Source of the DNA: Patescibacteria group bacterium
GTDB lineage: Bacteria > Patescibacteriota > Patescibacteriia > Buchananbacterales > UBA6539
Length of the DNA stretch: 64,000 nt
Assembly: GCA_034003985.1 (NCBI GenBank)
Contig: JAVEXP010000002.1
Span: 144,789-208,788 of the forward strand
Direction of reading: 5' to 3'
The stretch's first letter is position 1. The number at the start of each line of letters is the position of its first letter. The notes under the pieces are model-generated. The model saw nothing but the letters and a program-made list of their open reading frames with translations, was not told where the DNA came from and did no database searches. Made by a program: the position numbers and the translations under genes. Of this stretch, positions 19,458 through 28,800 are shown piece by piece.

Positions 19458-21377
19458 ATGTTAGAAAAGCTTTTTACTTCTAAGCCTCGGGTCAAGATTC
19501 TGCATTGGTTTTTTCAGCATCCAAATCAGTGGTTTTACGCTCGGCAGATTGTTAAAGCTACCAAACTTGATCCGGGCAATACCCAGCGTGAATTGGAAAA
19601 GCTTATAGAATTAAATTTATTAATCGTTAAAAAGCGAGGCAGTAGCCGCTTTTTTTGTTTAAATAAAAATAATCCATATTTTTCCGGGCTTAAACAGCTT
19701 TTTGCTAATTATCAACATCACAATTTAGAGTCTGGATCAAAACCAAAGAATAATCGCACTGGTACCGGCCTTAAATATTTGGCGGACCAAGATCCTTGGA
19801 TGCTTGGTGAAGATATTCCGGATATGGATTTTTTCTTTTCTCAAATCTGGCTTTCCAGTTTTGCCAATGAATTTAAAAAAACCGCCGGAGTTGCTTATAA
19901 AAAAATCATGTGTATCTTCAAGGGGTATCATTTGTGGTTTTATTATGGTCAAGATGATTCTAATAAAGTTGGCAATTGGCTTGTAAAACGATTTTTGTCT
20001 AAGCCGGAATTTACCGGCAAGATCAATCAGCAGATTGTTTATTGGTCTGATAAATTACGCTCGTTTGCCGAAAAAATTCCCCAAGACAATCTCGCTAAAT
20101 TGTCAAATCGGCGGTTATGGCAATTATATGATCAGCATGACAAGCTTCATACCATTTATTATCAATGGGGGTGGATACCAGTGGCAGCGGATATGTTTCA
20201 CAATAATTTGACTGATGCATTAAAAGATTATTTGCGCGGCACCGGGGTGGCCGAAGACAAAGTTAACGAGTATCTGGTGACCTTAACCCAACCAACAAAA
20301 AAATCTTTGCTACAAATCGAACAGGATGAATTTCTAAAGATTGCCATTAAAATTCAAAATGATCATTATCATTTTAAATTATTTAAGGAATTGTATAAGA
20401 ACTTTAAGGAGCAGGAAGCCGCTCCTTATGGTCTAAAAACCCATACTCCAGAATACGAAAAAATGTTAGAAAAACGCATGGATGAGATTAAAGATAAAAT
20501 AAAACCCTTAATTTTAACATTGATCCAGAATCATTACCGTAAATATTTTTATATCAGTTTTATGTGGATCAATAGCGATGCGGTTTATAGTTTTGAACAT
20601 TATCTTAAAGAGTTGGTAAAAATTGTTAATTCCGGAACTGATTTAGCCAAGAAATATCAAGACCAAGAAAAAGAATTCAAGGCCAATTTAGCATTGCGCG
20701 CCAAGCTCATCAAGCAACTTAAGATCAAAAAGCCATGGTCAATCATCATTGATTCATGGGGTGATTTTATGGTAACTAAAATTTACCGTCGGTTTGCCCA
20801 GATTTTTGCGATTTATCAAATGCAGGCGATTTTAGTGGAAATTGCGAAAAGGCTCAACCTTAGTTTAATGCAAGTAAGGTTTATGTTAAATTCAGAAGTG
20901 AAAGCTGCTCTTTTAACCGGGCAACTTGATAGGTACCAGCTTAAAAAAAGAACTCGCTTTTGTGTTTATTGGGTGGAACTGGGGAAAGAGGCGGTTTTTG
21001 TTGATGATCAGGCCAGATTTTTGGCTAAGCCGGTCTTATCTGCCAAAGTCAAAGCGGTTGATGAAATTAAGGGTCAAACCGGTTGTATTGGCCGAGCCAA
21101 GGGAAAAGTTAAAATAGTTATTCGGCCTAAAGATATGGTAAAATTTAATAAAGGCGACATTTTGGTGTCGATTGCTACTGATCCAGATATTGTCCCGGCA
21201 ATGAAGAAAGCGGCCGCGATTGTCACGGAACAAGGGGGAGTTACTTCCCATGCGGCAATTGTTTCTCGAGAATTGGGAATCCCTTGCGTTATTGGTACCA
21301 AAATTGCTACTAAGGTTTTAAAGGACGGCGATGAAGTTGAAGTTGATGCCACTAAGGGTATAGTTAAAAAAATATAA
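19458..21377 (+). CDS. winged-HTH + phospho-His swivel domain protein, paralog 3
   Basis: N-terminal [13 protein letters not shown]...[20 protein letters not shown] (ArsR-like wHTH); C-terminal [16 protein letters not shown]. Confidence 0.88.
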   Translation: MLEKLFTSKPRVKILHWFFQHPNQWFYARQIVKATKLDPGNTQRELEKLIELNLLIVKKRGSSRFFCLNKNNPYFSGLKQLFANYQHHNLESGSKPKNNRTGTGLKYLADQDPWMLGEDIPDMDFFFSQIWLSSFANEFKKTAGVAYKKIMCIFKGYHLWFYYGQDDSNKVGNWLVKRFLSKPEFTGKINQQIVYWSDKLRSFAEKIPQDNLAKLSNRRLWQLYDQHDKLHTIYYQWGWIPVAADMFHNNLTDALKDYLRGTGVAEDKVNEYLVTLTQPTKKSLLQIEQDEFLKIAIKIQNDHYHFKLFKELYKNFKEQEAAPYGLKTHTPEYEKMLEKRMDEIKDKIKPLILTLIQNHYRKYFYISFMWINSDAVYSFEHYLKELVKIVNSGTDLAKKYQDQEKEFKANLALRAKLIKQLKIKKPWSIIIDSWGDFMVTKIYRRFAQIFAIYQMQAILVEIAKRLNLSLMQVRFMLNSEVKAALLTGQLDRYQLKKRTRFCVYWVELGKEAVFVDDQARFLAKPVLSAKVKAVDEIKGQTGCIGRAKGKVKIVIRPKDMVKFNKGDILVSIATDPDIVPAMKKAAAIVTEQGGVTSHAAIVSRELGIPCVIGTKIATKVLKDGDEVEVDATKGIVKKI

Positions 21378-21381
21378 CAAT

Positions 21382-22851
21382 ATGATGATTCCTTTTGACA
21401 AAAAATGGGTGGTATTAGAAAAAGAAGATTATGCCAATTATCTTTTTGTTGTTTCAACTTGGGAAGCCTTTACAATCAAAAATCCAGAATACGGATTTAA
21501 AAACTTTAGCTGGTTGTCGGCCGAATATATAAACAAAGAGTGCAATCTATTTTGTCCGCTTGAAGTATATCAAGATCTATCCAAAGATTATTTGGCCAGT
21601 ATTTTTACCAGTCCGGCAATCTGGTATAAGCTCCACCAAGAAAATATTTATTATGCCAAAGAGACTTTTAGATTTGCCCGCGAGGTTAAAAAACTTAATG
21701 TCTCAAAAATGTCTGATAAGCAGATTTTGAGTTGGTTAAATAAATTTGAAATAGTCCAACAAGAAAATCATGACCGGCGCGGACCAATGTTTATGATTGA
21801 AGTCAAGGATAATCTTTTCTCCAACTATTTGATGGAATATCTTCGAGAAAGATGCAACGATCTAAATTCTAAAATTTCGCCTTTAACGGCTTTTCAAATT
21901 TTAACCACTCCTACTAAAAAAAGCATAATAAAAAAGCAACAGGAAGATTTAGCAATGATTGCTTTATTGAATGATAAAACAAAACAGGAAAGATTATTGA
22001 TAAGACATGTCAAAAAGTATGAATGGTTGGAATACGGTTTGCAGGGCAAAGTGTTGGATATCGGGTATTTTCGTCAGGAGTTATCTCGGGTTAAAAACCG
22101 AAGGCCAAAACAATTGATTTTAAAATACCACAATGAAATTAATGATCTTAAATTAAAACAACGGCAAATTACCAAAAATTTGAAAATTCATCGTCATCAT
22201 CAAAAACTTTTTAATATCGCCAGGGAGTCAATTTATGTTAAAGTGTTAAGCAAGGACGCCCAATTTTATTCTTATTATGCCACCGAAAATTTGTTCAAAG
22301 AGTTGGCCCGGCGCGGCGGGTTGACGTTGGAACAGGTGAGATTTTTAACTTTTAATGAATACCAAAAAGTTATATCGGGAAAAAATTTAGCTACCTTGGC
22401 CAATGATCGGATGAAATACAGTATTCACTTTGCTGATCGCGGCAAAACGGTCATCTATGCTGGTTCAGAGGCCAACCAAGTCAGAAAAAAGATAAATTTT
22501 ATCCGTGACGACAACGTATTGGATAAATCATTAACGGAGTTTGGCGGCAGCCCGGCTTATCCTGGCAAGGTCAGTGGTAAGGTAAAAATAATCAATTCTA
22601 CTCAAGAGATGATGAAGATGCATCGCGGTGATATTTTGGTTTCTCATATGACCAATCCTGATATCGTGCCAGCCATGAAATTAGCCGCCGCTATTGTTAC
22701 CGATTTAGGTGGGATTACTTGTCATGCCGCGATCATTAGTCGTGAATTAAAAATTCCCTGTGTCATTGGAACTAAAATCGCCACCCAAGTTTTGAAAGAT
22801 GGTGATAAAATTGAGGTTGACGCGTTAAAAGGAATAATTAAAAAGATATGA
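21382..22851 (+). CDS. phospho-His swivel domain protein, paralog 4
   Basis: C-terminal TDLGGITCHAAIISRELKIPCVIG. Confidence 0.9.
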   Translation: MMIPFDKKWVVLEKEDYANYLFVVSTWEAFTIKNPEYGFKNFSWLSAEYINKECNLFCPLEVYQDLSKDYLASIFTSPAIWYKLHQENIYYAKETFRFAREVKKLNVSKMSDKQILSWLNKFEIVQQENHDRRGPMFMIEVKDNLFSNYLMEYLRERCNDLNSKISPLTAFQILTTPTKKSIIKKQQEDLAMIALLNDKTKQERLLIRHVKKYEWLEYGLQGKVLDIGYFRQELSRVKNRRPKQLILKYHNEINDLKLKQRQITKNLKIHRHHQKLFNIARESIYVKVLSKDAQFYSYYATENLFKELARRGGLTLEQVRFLTFNEYQKVISGKNLATLANDRMKYSIHFADRGKTVIYAGSEANQVRKKINFIRDDNVLDKSLTEFGGSPAYPGKVSGKVKIINSTQEMMKMHRGDILVSHMTNPDIVPAMKLAAAIVTDLGGITCHAAIISRELKIPCVIGTKIATQVLKDGDKIEVDALKGIIKKI

Positions 22852-23462
22852 AAAAAAATGAAATCAAACTCATAATTTTTGATGCTTATGGAGCAGTCAT
22901 GAGTAGAGGTTATCCTGACACCATGGCGGTTTTGGCCAAAAGATTTGCTATTCCCGAAAAAAAATTGAGCGAGGTGATTTATCGCAAGTATTTTGAAATG
23001 GCCGCCCAACGCCAGATCACCCAAAAGCAGGCTTGGCAGTTGCCGGTTAAAGAGCTTAATTTGCCAATCAGTTGGCAAGAATTGCGCGATCTTCATTATG
23101 GTTTAATGGAGATAAACCAGCCGGTTTTTGAAATCGCTAAAAAACTCCGAAAAAAGTATAAGGTGATAATTTTAAGTAAGAGCACTAGAACGCAATTTGT
23201 TGATGTTTTAAAAAAGAAACATCCTCAAGTGCCAAGAAATTTTGATGCCATTGTCAATACTTGGGAACTTGGTCTGCCCAAAGCCTCAAAAGAGACTATT
23301 AGTTTTTTGGCTAAAAGATTTAAGATATCGCCCAAGGAGATTTTGTATATTGATGATCAGCGGTCAAACTTGGTCGCATTGGATAAAATGGGTGGAAAAA
23401 CGATTTACTATCAAAATTTTAAGCAATTTAAAAAAGAACTTGAGCACTACATTGATCTATGA
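22848..23462 (+). CDS. HAD-superfamily hydrolase
   Basis: LIIFDAYG motif I, ILS motif II, GLPK motif III, LYIDD motif IV; overlaps both neighbours. Confidence 0.85.
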   Translation: MKKNEIKLIIFDAYGAVMSRGYPDTMAVLAKRFAIPEKKLSEVIYRKYFEMAAQRQITQKQAWQLPVKELNLPISWQELRDLHYGLMEINQPVFEIAKKLRKKYKVIILSKSTRTQFVDVLKKKHPQVPRNFDAIVNTWELGLPKASKETISFLAKRFKISPKEILYIDDQRSNLVALDKMGGKTIYYQNFKQFKKELEHYIDL

Positions 23463-24931
23463 AAAACAACATTAAACTGAAAGATTTTGTTTTTATGTCG
23501 CAACGCCAGCGGACCAGCCCTTTTCCTAATTATTTGTCAATGGAGGCGATGTGCGACGAATCCCGCCGCTATGTTGGCCAACGGCTCAAAGAAATGCTTT
23601 GTATTTGGCAAGGCAATTTATTTTTTGCCTTTCCCCATAAGCTTTCTTATGAAAAATCAGGCAAACAGCTGGTTAAAAAAATATTGGTTAATCGCCGCTG
23701 GCCCGCTCAAATGGTTGCCAGTCAAAAAAAATACGGCAAGGTTTTGGTTGAATTTACCAAAAAAATTCATCAATCGGTTGGATCTAAAACTACCAATCGG
23801 CAGCTGGCCAAGATGTTTGAGGACTACGAGAAAAGATATAAACCCGTTTATGCCACTTACGGCTGGGTTTGGCTGGTTGAAGATTTTTTTATGGCCGAGT
23901 TGCTGAAGCTTGTTGAATCTAAAATCAAAAACCCTAATCAGGCGGTTGATATTTTGAATATTCTGACCAAACAGCCCAAAGCAATGGTGGCGCTGATTGA
24001 GCGCAAAGCCCTGCTTGAATTGGCCGTTAAAATCGGCAACAAACCAGGATGGAAAACAAATCAATCAGTTGTTAGATTGATAAATAGTCATATCAGAAAA
24101 TATTTTTGGGTTACCAGGGATTATGAAGATCCGGCTATCAGTCATGACGATGTGGTCAGGCGCTTGGCTGATTTGTTTAGAAAAGATTATCGTCGGGAAT
24201 ATCAACGATTAGTCGGTGCACTCAAGAAAGATAATAAGCTGCAAAAAAAATATTTAAACACCTTGGGATTTAGCGTTACCGAAAAAGAATTATTTGGCGC
24301 GATGCGCGATATTGCCAACCTTAAAGAGCTGCGAAAAACTCATGTTTCGCAATCGCTTTATTATTTTGATAAAGTTTTGGAAGAAATCGCCCGGCGCTTA
24401 TTTTTAAGCATTAGGCAAGTCAGGTTTATGAAAACGGTCGAGATCCGCCAAGCCTTAATTGAGGGTAAAGATTTTACAGCAGAATTGAATAATCGTTTAA
24501 GACTTTCTGCCTGGGACTGTCGGACTGCTAAAACTGAAATTTTTACTGGTTATTCAGCCGAAAAGATATTTAAAGAATTTTGTAAGGTTGATAAAAATAT
24601 CAAAGAATTCTTTGGTCTGCCGGTATCGCCCGGTAAAGCCAGAGGAAAAGTTAAGATTGTGATGAATCCGGACGAATGCGATAAAGTCCAAAAGGGTGAT
24701 ATTATCGTTACTGTTCAGGTAGTGCCCAGCTTTTCAACGGCCATTATTAAGTCTGCCGGTTTAATTTGTGACGGCGGTCACGGCATTACTTCACATCCGG
24801 CAACTTTGGCTCGAGAAGCGGGAATTCCTTGTGTTATTCAAACCAGGTTTGCCAGGGAGGTACTACAAGACGGTGATGAAGTAGAAGTTGATGGGTATGC
24901 CGGGATCGCCAGGATTGTTAAAAGACAATAA
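23459..24931 (+). CDS. phospho-His swivel domain protein, paralog 5 (variant His loop)
   Basis: C-terminal [32 protein letters not shown]. Confidence 0.87.
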   Translation: MKNNIKLKDFVFMSQRQRTSPFPNYLSMEAMCDESRRYVGQRLKEMLCIWQGNLFFAFPHKLSYEKSGKQLVKKILVNRRWPAQMVASQKKYGKVLVEFTKKIHQSVGSKTTNRQLAKMFEDYEKRYKPVYATYGWVWLVEDFFMAELLKLVESKIKNPNQAVDILNILTKQPKAMVALIERKALLELAVKIGNKPGWKTNQSVVRLINSHIRKYFWVTRDYEDPAISHDDVVRRLADLFRKDYRREYQRLVGALKKDNKLQKKYLNTLGFSVTEKELFGAMRDIANLKELRKTHVSQSLYYFDKVLEEIARRLFLSIRQVRFMKTVEIRQALIEGKDFTAELNNRLRLSAWDCRTAKTEIFTGYSAEKIFKEFCKVDKNIKEFFGLPVSPGKARGKVKIVMNPDECDKVQKGDIIVTVQVVPSFSTAIIKSAGLICDGGHGITSHPATLAREAGIPCVIQTRFAREVLQDGDEVEVDGYAGIARIVKRQ

Positions 24932-24972
24932 TTTAGATAAACAAAAAACAGCCGGATTGCTGTGGGGGGGGT

Positions 24973-25008
24973 GAGGGGAGAGAAGTCCATATTTGGATCT
25001 CTCCCCTC
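24973..25008. terminator. 11-bp hairpin between convergent genes
   Basis: gaggggagaga-N14-tctctcccctc, adjacent to a G8 run. Confidence 0.55.
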
Positions 25009-25028
25009 GGCGTGCGCGTTGGTGGGGT

Positions 25029-25676
25029 CTACGGGATGGCGATTCCATACCAGTCTTCTGAGAGGCGCAGGATTTCGATCTCGACGATTTTGCCGTCTTC
25101 GAAGGTCGCCAGGAATCCCTCGCAGTATTGAAGCTGGCCTTCAATTGCGTCCATCGTCATTGGCAGATTTGCACCCAGCCGGTTGGACAGTTTGATGGCC
25201 GCGCCGTCGATGGCCGCGCCGTGGACGGTGACCAAGTGGTCTCCTTCTACGGCTCCGCGTTCGTCAATGACTTCGAGCATCTCGCTACTCTTAATGTCTA
25301 CTGCCTCGGGAGCCGTTTCCATAATCGCCGCTTCGACGGTGATCTCGGCTGTCTTGGCATGGGCTTTGGCGGCCTTCAAACCTTCGCTTACGATGTCGCG
25401 CTTGTCAGTGCTGAAATCATCCAGCCGCGGATCATGCGCAATGTCGGGCTCGATAGCCGGTTTGTAGCCGCAGATCCCGCGGACGAGCACGATCAGGGTT
25501 CGCCAGCACCGGGGCTGGGGACTGCTGACATAGTCGACAAAGTGAAAGTTGAAGACCCGGACAAATACTCCCATCACAAATGCGATGACTTCGCCGCAGT
25601 CGGTCAGGGCCTGGGGGTCTTTCTCGTTTGCCTTGTCTCTCTCACTGTGTCGAATAACCAGTACTCTTGATTGCAT
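25029..25676 (-). CDS. histidine-phosphatase (phosphoglycerate mutase/SixA-like) family protein, GC-rich
   Basis: LVIRHS motif, ALT..G, SSP..RC.RT, LVTVHG; AAGGA SD before ATG 25676. Confidence 0.75.
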   Translation of the reverse strand: MQSRVLVIRHSERDKANEKDPQALTDCGEVIAFVMGVFVRVFNFHFVDYVSSPQPRCWRTLIVLVRGICGYKPAIEPDIAHDPRLDDFSTDKRDIVSEGLKAAKAHAKTAEITVEAAIMETAPEAVDIKSSEMLEVIDERGAVEGDHLVTVHGAAIDGAAIKLSNRLGANLPMTMDAIEGQLQYCEGFLATFEDGKIVEIEILRLSEDWYGIAIP

Positions 25677-25850
25677 CAGTCTCATCCTTCTTGTCTGGCC
25701 GCATTCTCTATTGCGGCCGCCATTCCTGCCATAAGTCACCAATCACACTGGTTGACTCGATAAAGCAGCAATCAGCACAGGGCGATTGCCGCTCAATTGA
25801 GCCAACCAATGATATAACACGCACTATTTAACTTTAAAGAACGATATATG

Positions 25851-25879
25851 ATTATAGCATATTTTGTAAATATTGTCAA
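25851..25879 (-). promoter_or_regulatory. consensus sigma70 promoter for the His-phosphatase gene
   Basis: minus strand TTGACA-17 bp-TATAAT, perfect consensus with extended -10 TG. Confidence 0.8.
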
Positions 25880-25917
25880 AGGAAAATTAAAATTATTAGC
25901 TCAAATTAGCTAAAATA

Positions 25918-25946
25918 TTGTAAAAATTACTGATTACTGCTAGAAT
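25918..25946 (+). promoter_or_regulatory. sigma70-type promoter for the ATP-grasp gene
   Basis: TTGTAA-17 bp-TAGAAT with extended -10 TG. Confidence 0.5.
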
Positions 25947-25986
25947 TAAATTATTATTTTACCCTAAAAATCAAAATTTAAAAAAT

Positions 25987-26952
25987 ATGACAAAGTTTAC
26001 CAAACCATTCCCTAAAATTTCCAAAAAAGATGTTGCCATCGCCGGCGGCAAGGGTGCTTCGCTTGGCGAAATGACTAATGCTAAAATTCCAGTGCCTAAG
26101 GGGTTTGTAATTTTGGCTGAAGCCTTTGATCATTTCTTAAATGAAACCCCAAAATCGCCGGTTGCCCAAACCGATTTAGAAGTCGATGCTTTGCTTGCAA
26201 AAGTTAATTTTGATGATACTAATTCCATTGATAAGGCTTCCAATGTTATTCGTGATATTATGCACGACACCAAAATGCCAAAAGCTTTGGCTCAGGAAAT
26301 TGCCGCTGAATTCAAAAAACTCAAAACTAAATATGTAGCCGTCAGGTCTTCGGCTACGGCTGAAGATTCCTCAATCGCTTCTTGGGCCGGTGAGTTGGAA
26401 ACTTATCTGCACACGACTGAGAAGACATTGTTGGATAAAGTTAAACATTGCTGGTCATCACTATATACGCCTCGGGCGATTTTCTATCGTTATGAAAAAA
26501 AGCTGATTGACCAGCAAGTTTCAGTGGCTGTCGTTGTTCAAGAAATGGTCGAATCTGAAATTTCGGGGGTTGCCTTTACCGTCCATCCTGTTACCAAGGC
26601 TAAAAATCAAATGATCATTGAAGCCGGATTTGGCCTAGGCGAGGCGATTGTTTCCGGCCAGATTACCCCGGACAGTTATATTGTCGACAAGACTGATTTA
26701 TCTATTTTGGATATCAATGTGGCTGAACAAAAACGGATGTTGGTTCGTAAAAGTCAGGCCGGCGGCATTGTTTGGAAACCAGTAGCCAAAGCCAAACAGG
26801 AGTCGCAAGTACTTTCTGGTAAACAGATTATTGAATTGTCTAAAATCTGTATTAATATCGAAAAGCATTATAAATGTCCTCAGGATATTGAGTGGGCCTA
26901 CACCAAGGGCAAATTTTATATTACTCAATCAAGACCGATTACTACTCTTTAG
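25987..26952 (+). CDS. stand-alone PEP-synthase/pyruvate-phosphate-dikinase N-terminal ATP-grasp domain (PPDK_N)
   Basis: GGKGASLGEM...IPVP.GF, VAVRSSATAEDS..ASWAG, VAVVVQEMV, GLGEAIVSG.ITPD, QDIEWA...YITQSRPITTL then stop; no His or pyruvate-binding domain. Confidence 0.93.
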   Translation: MTKFTKPFPKISKKDVAIAGGKGASLGEMTNAKIPVPKGFVILAEAFDHFLNETPKSPVAQTDLEVDALLAKVNFDDTNSIDKASNVIRDIMHDTKMPKALAQEIAAEFKKLKTKYVAVRSSATAEDSSIASWAGELETYLHTTEKTLLDKVKHCWSSLYTPRAIFYRYEKKLIDQQVSVAVVVQEMVESEISGVAFTVHPVTKAKNQMIIEAGFGLGEAIVSGQITPDSYIVDKTDLSILDINVAEQKRMLVRKSQAGGIVWKPVAKAKQESQVLSGKQIIELSKICINIEKHYKCPQDIEWAYTKGKFYITQSRPITTL

Positions 26953-26958
26953 GTTTCT

Positions 26959-28500
26959 ATGACCGCCAAGATTTGGACTAAAAATTGGGAAATCAGGCGA
27001 GTTAGTTTTTTGCTCTCGCACGAAGCGCCCGAATCGTTTCTCAAACTGCAGAATCTTTATTTTGGCTCTAAAATTCTTACTCAAATCATTTGGGTAAACG
27101 AAAATCAAGATAATACCGCCACCTATTTTTTAAAGCCTGAACTGCGCCGGGCGATTGACGCCACTTTTGATTTGGTTGTTAATAATCCCGGCAAGGTTTC
27201 CCAAATTCACCGCCAAGCCATTGAACATAACCGCGACCTTTTCCGATTATTAAAAAAGACCCAGTCGGTTAATCTGGCTAAATTTTCCAACCAACAATTG
27301 GCTTTGCTCTATTCCAGAATTTTTAAAAAGATTCAGCTGGCCCATGGCTCCAGTTTTTACTCCACTTACTTGGTAGATGCCGATGGTGAAGACCTGACAA
27401 ATTATTTGATTAATAAAGTCCGCCAAAGAATTATTGAGCTTAAACTTAAGCTTAATTTTGCTGAAGTTTTCAGCCTATTGACCACCCCAACCAGGATTAA
27501 TTTGGAACAACTGGAAAACCGTCAATTTCTGGCGGTATTGAGCGATATTACCGCTGATTCCCAAGCTAAAAAATTATTCTTGGGGAATTTGCCTGATCAA
27601 ATTGAAAAGAAATTAAACGAATTGGACCCGCGGTTAAAGAGAAAAATTGTTAATCACCATCGGCGCTGGCAGTGGATTCCTTATGATTATTTAGGCCCAG
27701 CTTATGAACTTGGTTACTATTTAGAAATTTGGCGAGGGTTATTAAAACAAAAAATAAATATTAACAAAGAGATTGCCAAACTGGTTAATGGCCGTGATGA
27801 AATCAGGAAACAAAAAAATAAATTATTTAAACAGTTGGAGTTTAACCGTTATGACCGTCAAATTTTTGATTTGGCCAGTGAAATCGTTTGGCTTAAATCA
27901 TGGCGCAAAGAGGTTTTATTTTTTGCCAGTTTTATTGTTGATAAAGTTTATCAAGAGCTGGCCAGGCGCTGTCATATTTCGTTCAATCAAGCTAGGCACT
28001 TGACTAATATCGAGGTGGCCCAAGTTTTATCGGGCAAGGTTGTGCCGATTAATGAGTTAAATCAAAGAATAAAATTTGTCGTTATTCATTTTAAATCTTT
28101 CAGCAAACGGATAATGACTGGGGCAACGGCCAAAAAGTTTATGGCCACTCAGCATTTTGAAAAAATAAAGATTGTTGATGCTAAGGAGTTGAAAGGCACC
28201 CCGGCTTGTCCGGGTAAAGTCAAGGGTTTAGTCAAAATTGTCAATGTGCCAGATGAAATGTCTAAAATGAAATCCGGTAATATAATGGTGGCCCATTCGA
28301 CTTATCCTTCTTTGGTGCCGGCCATGAAAAAGGCCGGCGCGATTATTACCGAAGACGGCGGTTTAACCTGCCATGCGGCGATTGTGGCCCGAGAGTTAAA
28401 AATCCCTTGCGTGGTTGGAACCAGGATTGCCGCTAAAGTCTTGAAAGACGGTGATATGGTTGAAGTTGACGCCACCAATGGTATAATAAAAAAAGTATGA
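26959..28500 (+). CDS. phospho-His swivel domain protein, paralog 6
   Basis: C-terminal TEDGGLTCHAAIVARELKIPCVVG; starts 6 bp after the ATP-grasp gene. Confidence 0.9.
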   Translation: MTAKIWTKNWEIRRVSFLLSHEAPESFLKLQNLYFGSKILTQIIWVNENQDNTATYFLKPELRRAIDATFDLVVNNPGKVSQIHRQAIEHNRDLFRLLKKTQSVNLAKFSNQQLALLYSRIFKKIQLAHGSSFYSTYLVDADGEDLTNYLINKVRQRIIELKLKLNFAEVFSLLTTPTRINLEQLENRQFLAVLSDITADSQAKKLFLGNLPDQIEKKLNELDPRLKRKIVNHHRRWQWIPYDYLGPAYELGYYLEIWRGLLKQKININKEIAKLVNGRDEIRKQKNKLFKQLEFNRYDRQIFDLASEIVWLKSWRKEVLFFASFIVDKVYQELARRCHISFNQARHLTNIEVAQVLSGKVVPINELNQRIKFVVIHFKSFSKRIMTGATAKKFMATQHFEKIKIVDAKELKGTPACPGKVKGLVKIVNVPDEMSKMKSGNIMVAHSTYPSLVPAMKKAGAIITEDGGLTCHAAIVARELKIPCVVGTRIAAKVLKDGDMVEVDATNGIIKKV

Positions 28501-28769
28501 AGCGTTTAACTTTAACGATCCATGGCTTGGTCCAAGGCGTCGGTTACCGTTACATGAGTCAAAATGAGGCCAAAAAAAGGGGTTTTACCGGTTATGTGAC
28601 CAATCATAATGACGGCGGGGTGATTTTGGTAGCCGAAGGGGAAGAAGAGGACTTGAAAAAATTCAAAGAATGGTGCTATAATGGAGTTGGACCAGCAATG
28701 GTCAAAAAAATCGAAATGGACTGGTCGGGCGCGACTGGTGAATTTTCTGATTTTGTTATAAAATTCTAG
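28497..28769 (+). CDS. acyP: acylphosphatase
   Basis: GLVQGVGYR (catalytic Arg), GYVTN (Asn), AEG, GP; 90 aa. Confidence 0.93.
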   Translation: MKRLTLTIHGLVQGVGYRYMSQNEAKKRGFTGYVTNHNDGGVILVAEGEEEDLKKFKEWCYNGVGPAMVKKIEMDWSGATGEFSDFVIKF

Positions 28770-28800
28770 AGTTACCATTAACGAACTTATGAAGAAATCA

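Noticed and set aside
24962-25670. + strand ORFs 24962..25195, 25128..25670 and 25183..25467
   Set aside because: Antisense shadows of the GC-rich His-phosphatase gene, which has the motifs, SD and promoter
16649-28500. Fragmented or pseudogenised PEP synthase (ppsA) or PTS enzyme I
   Set aside because: All ORFs are long, intact and coupled; the His domains are C-terminal behind unrelated domains; no pyruvate/PEP-binding barrel is present
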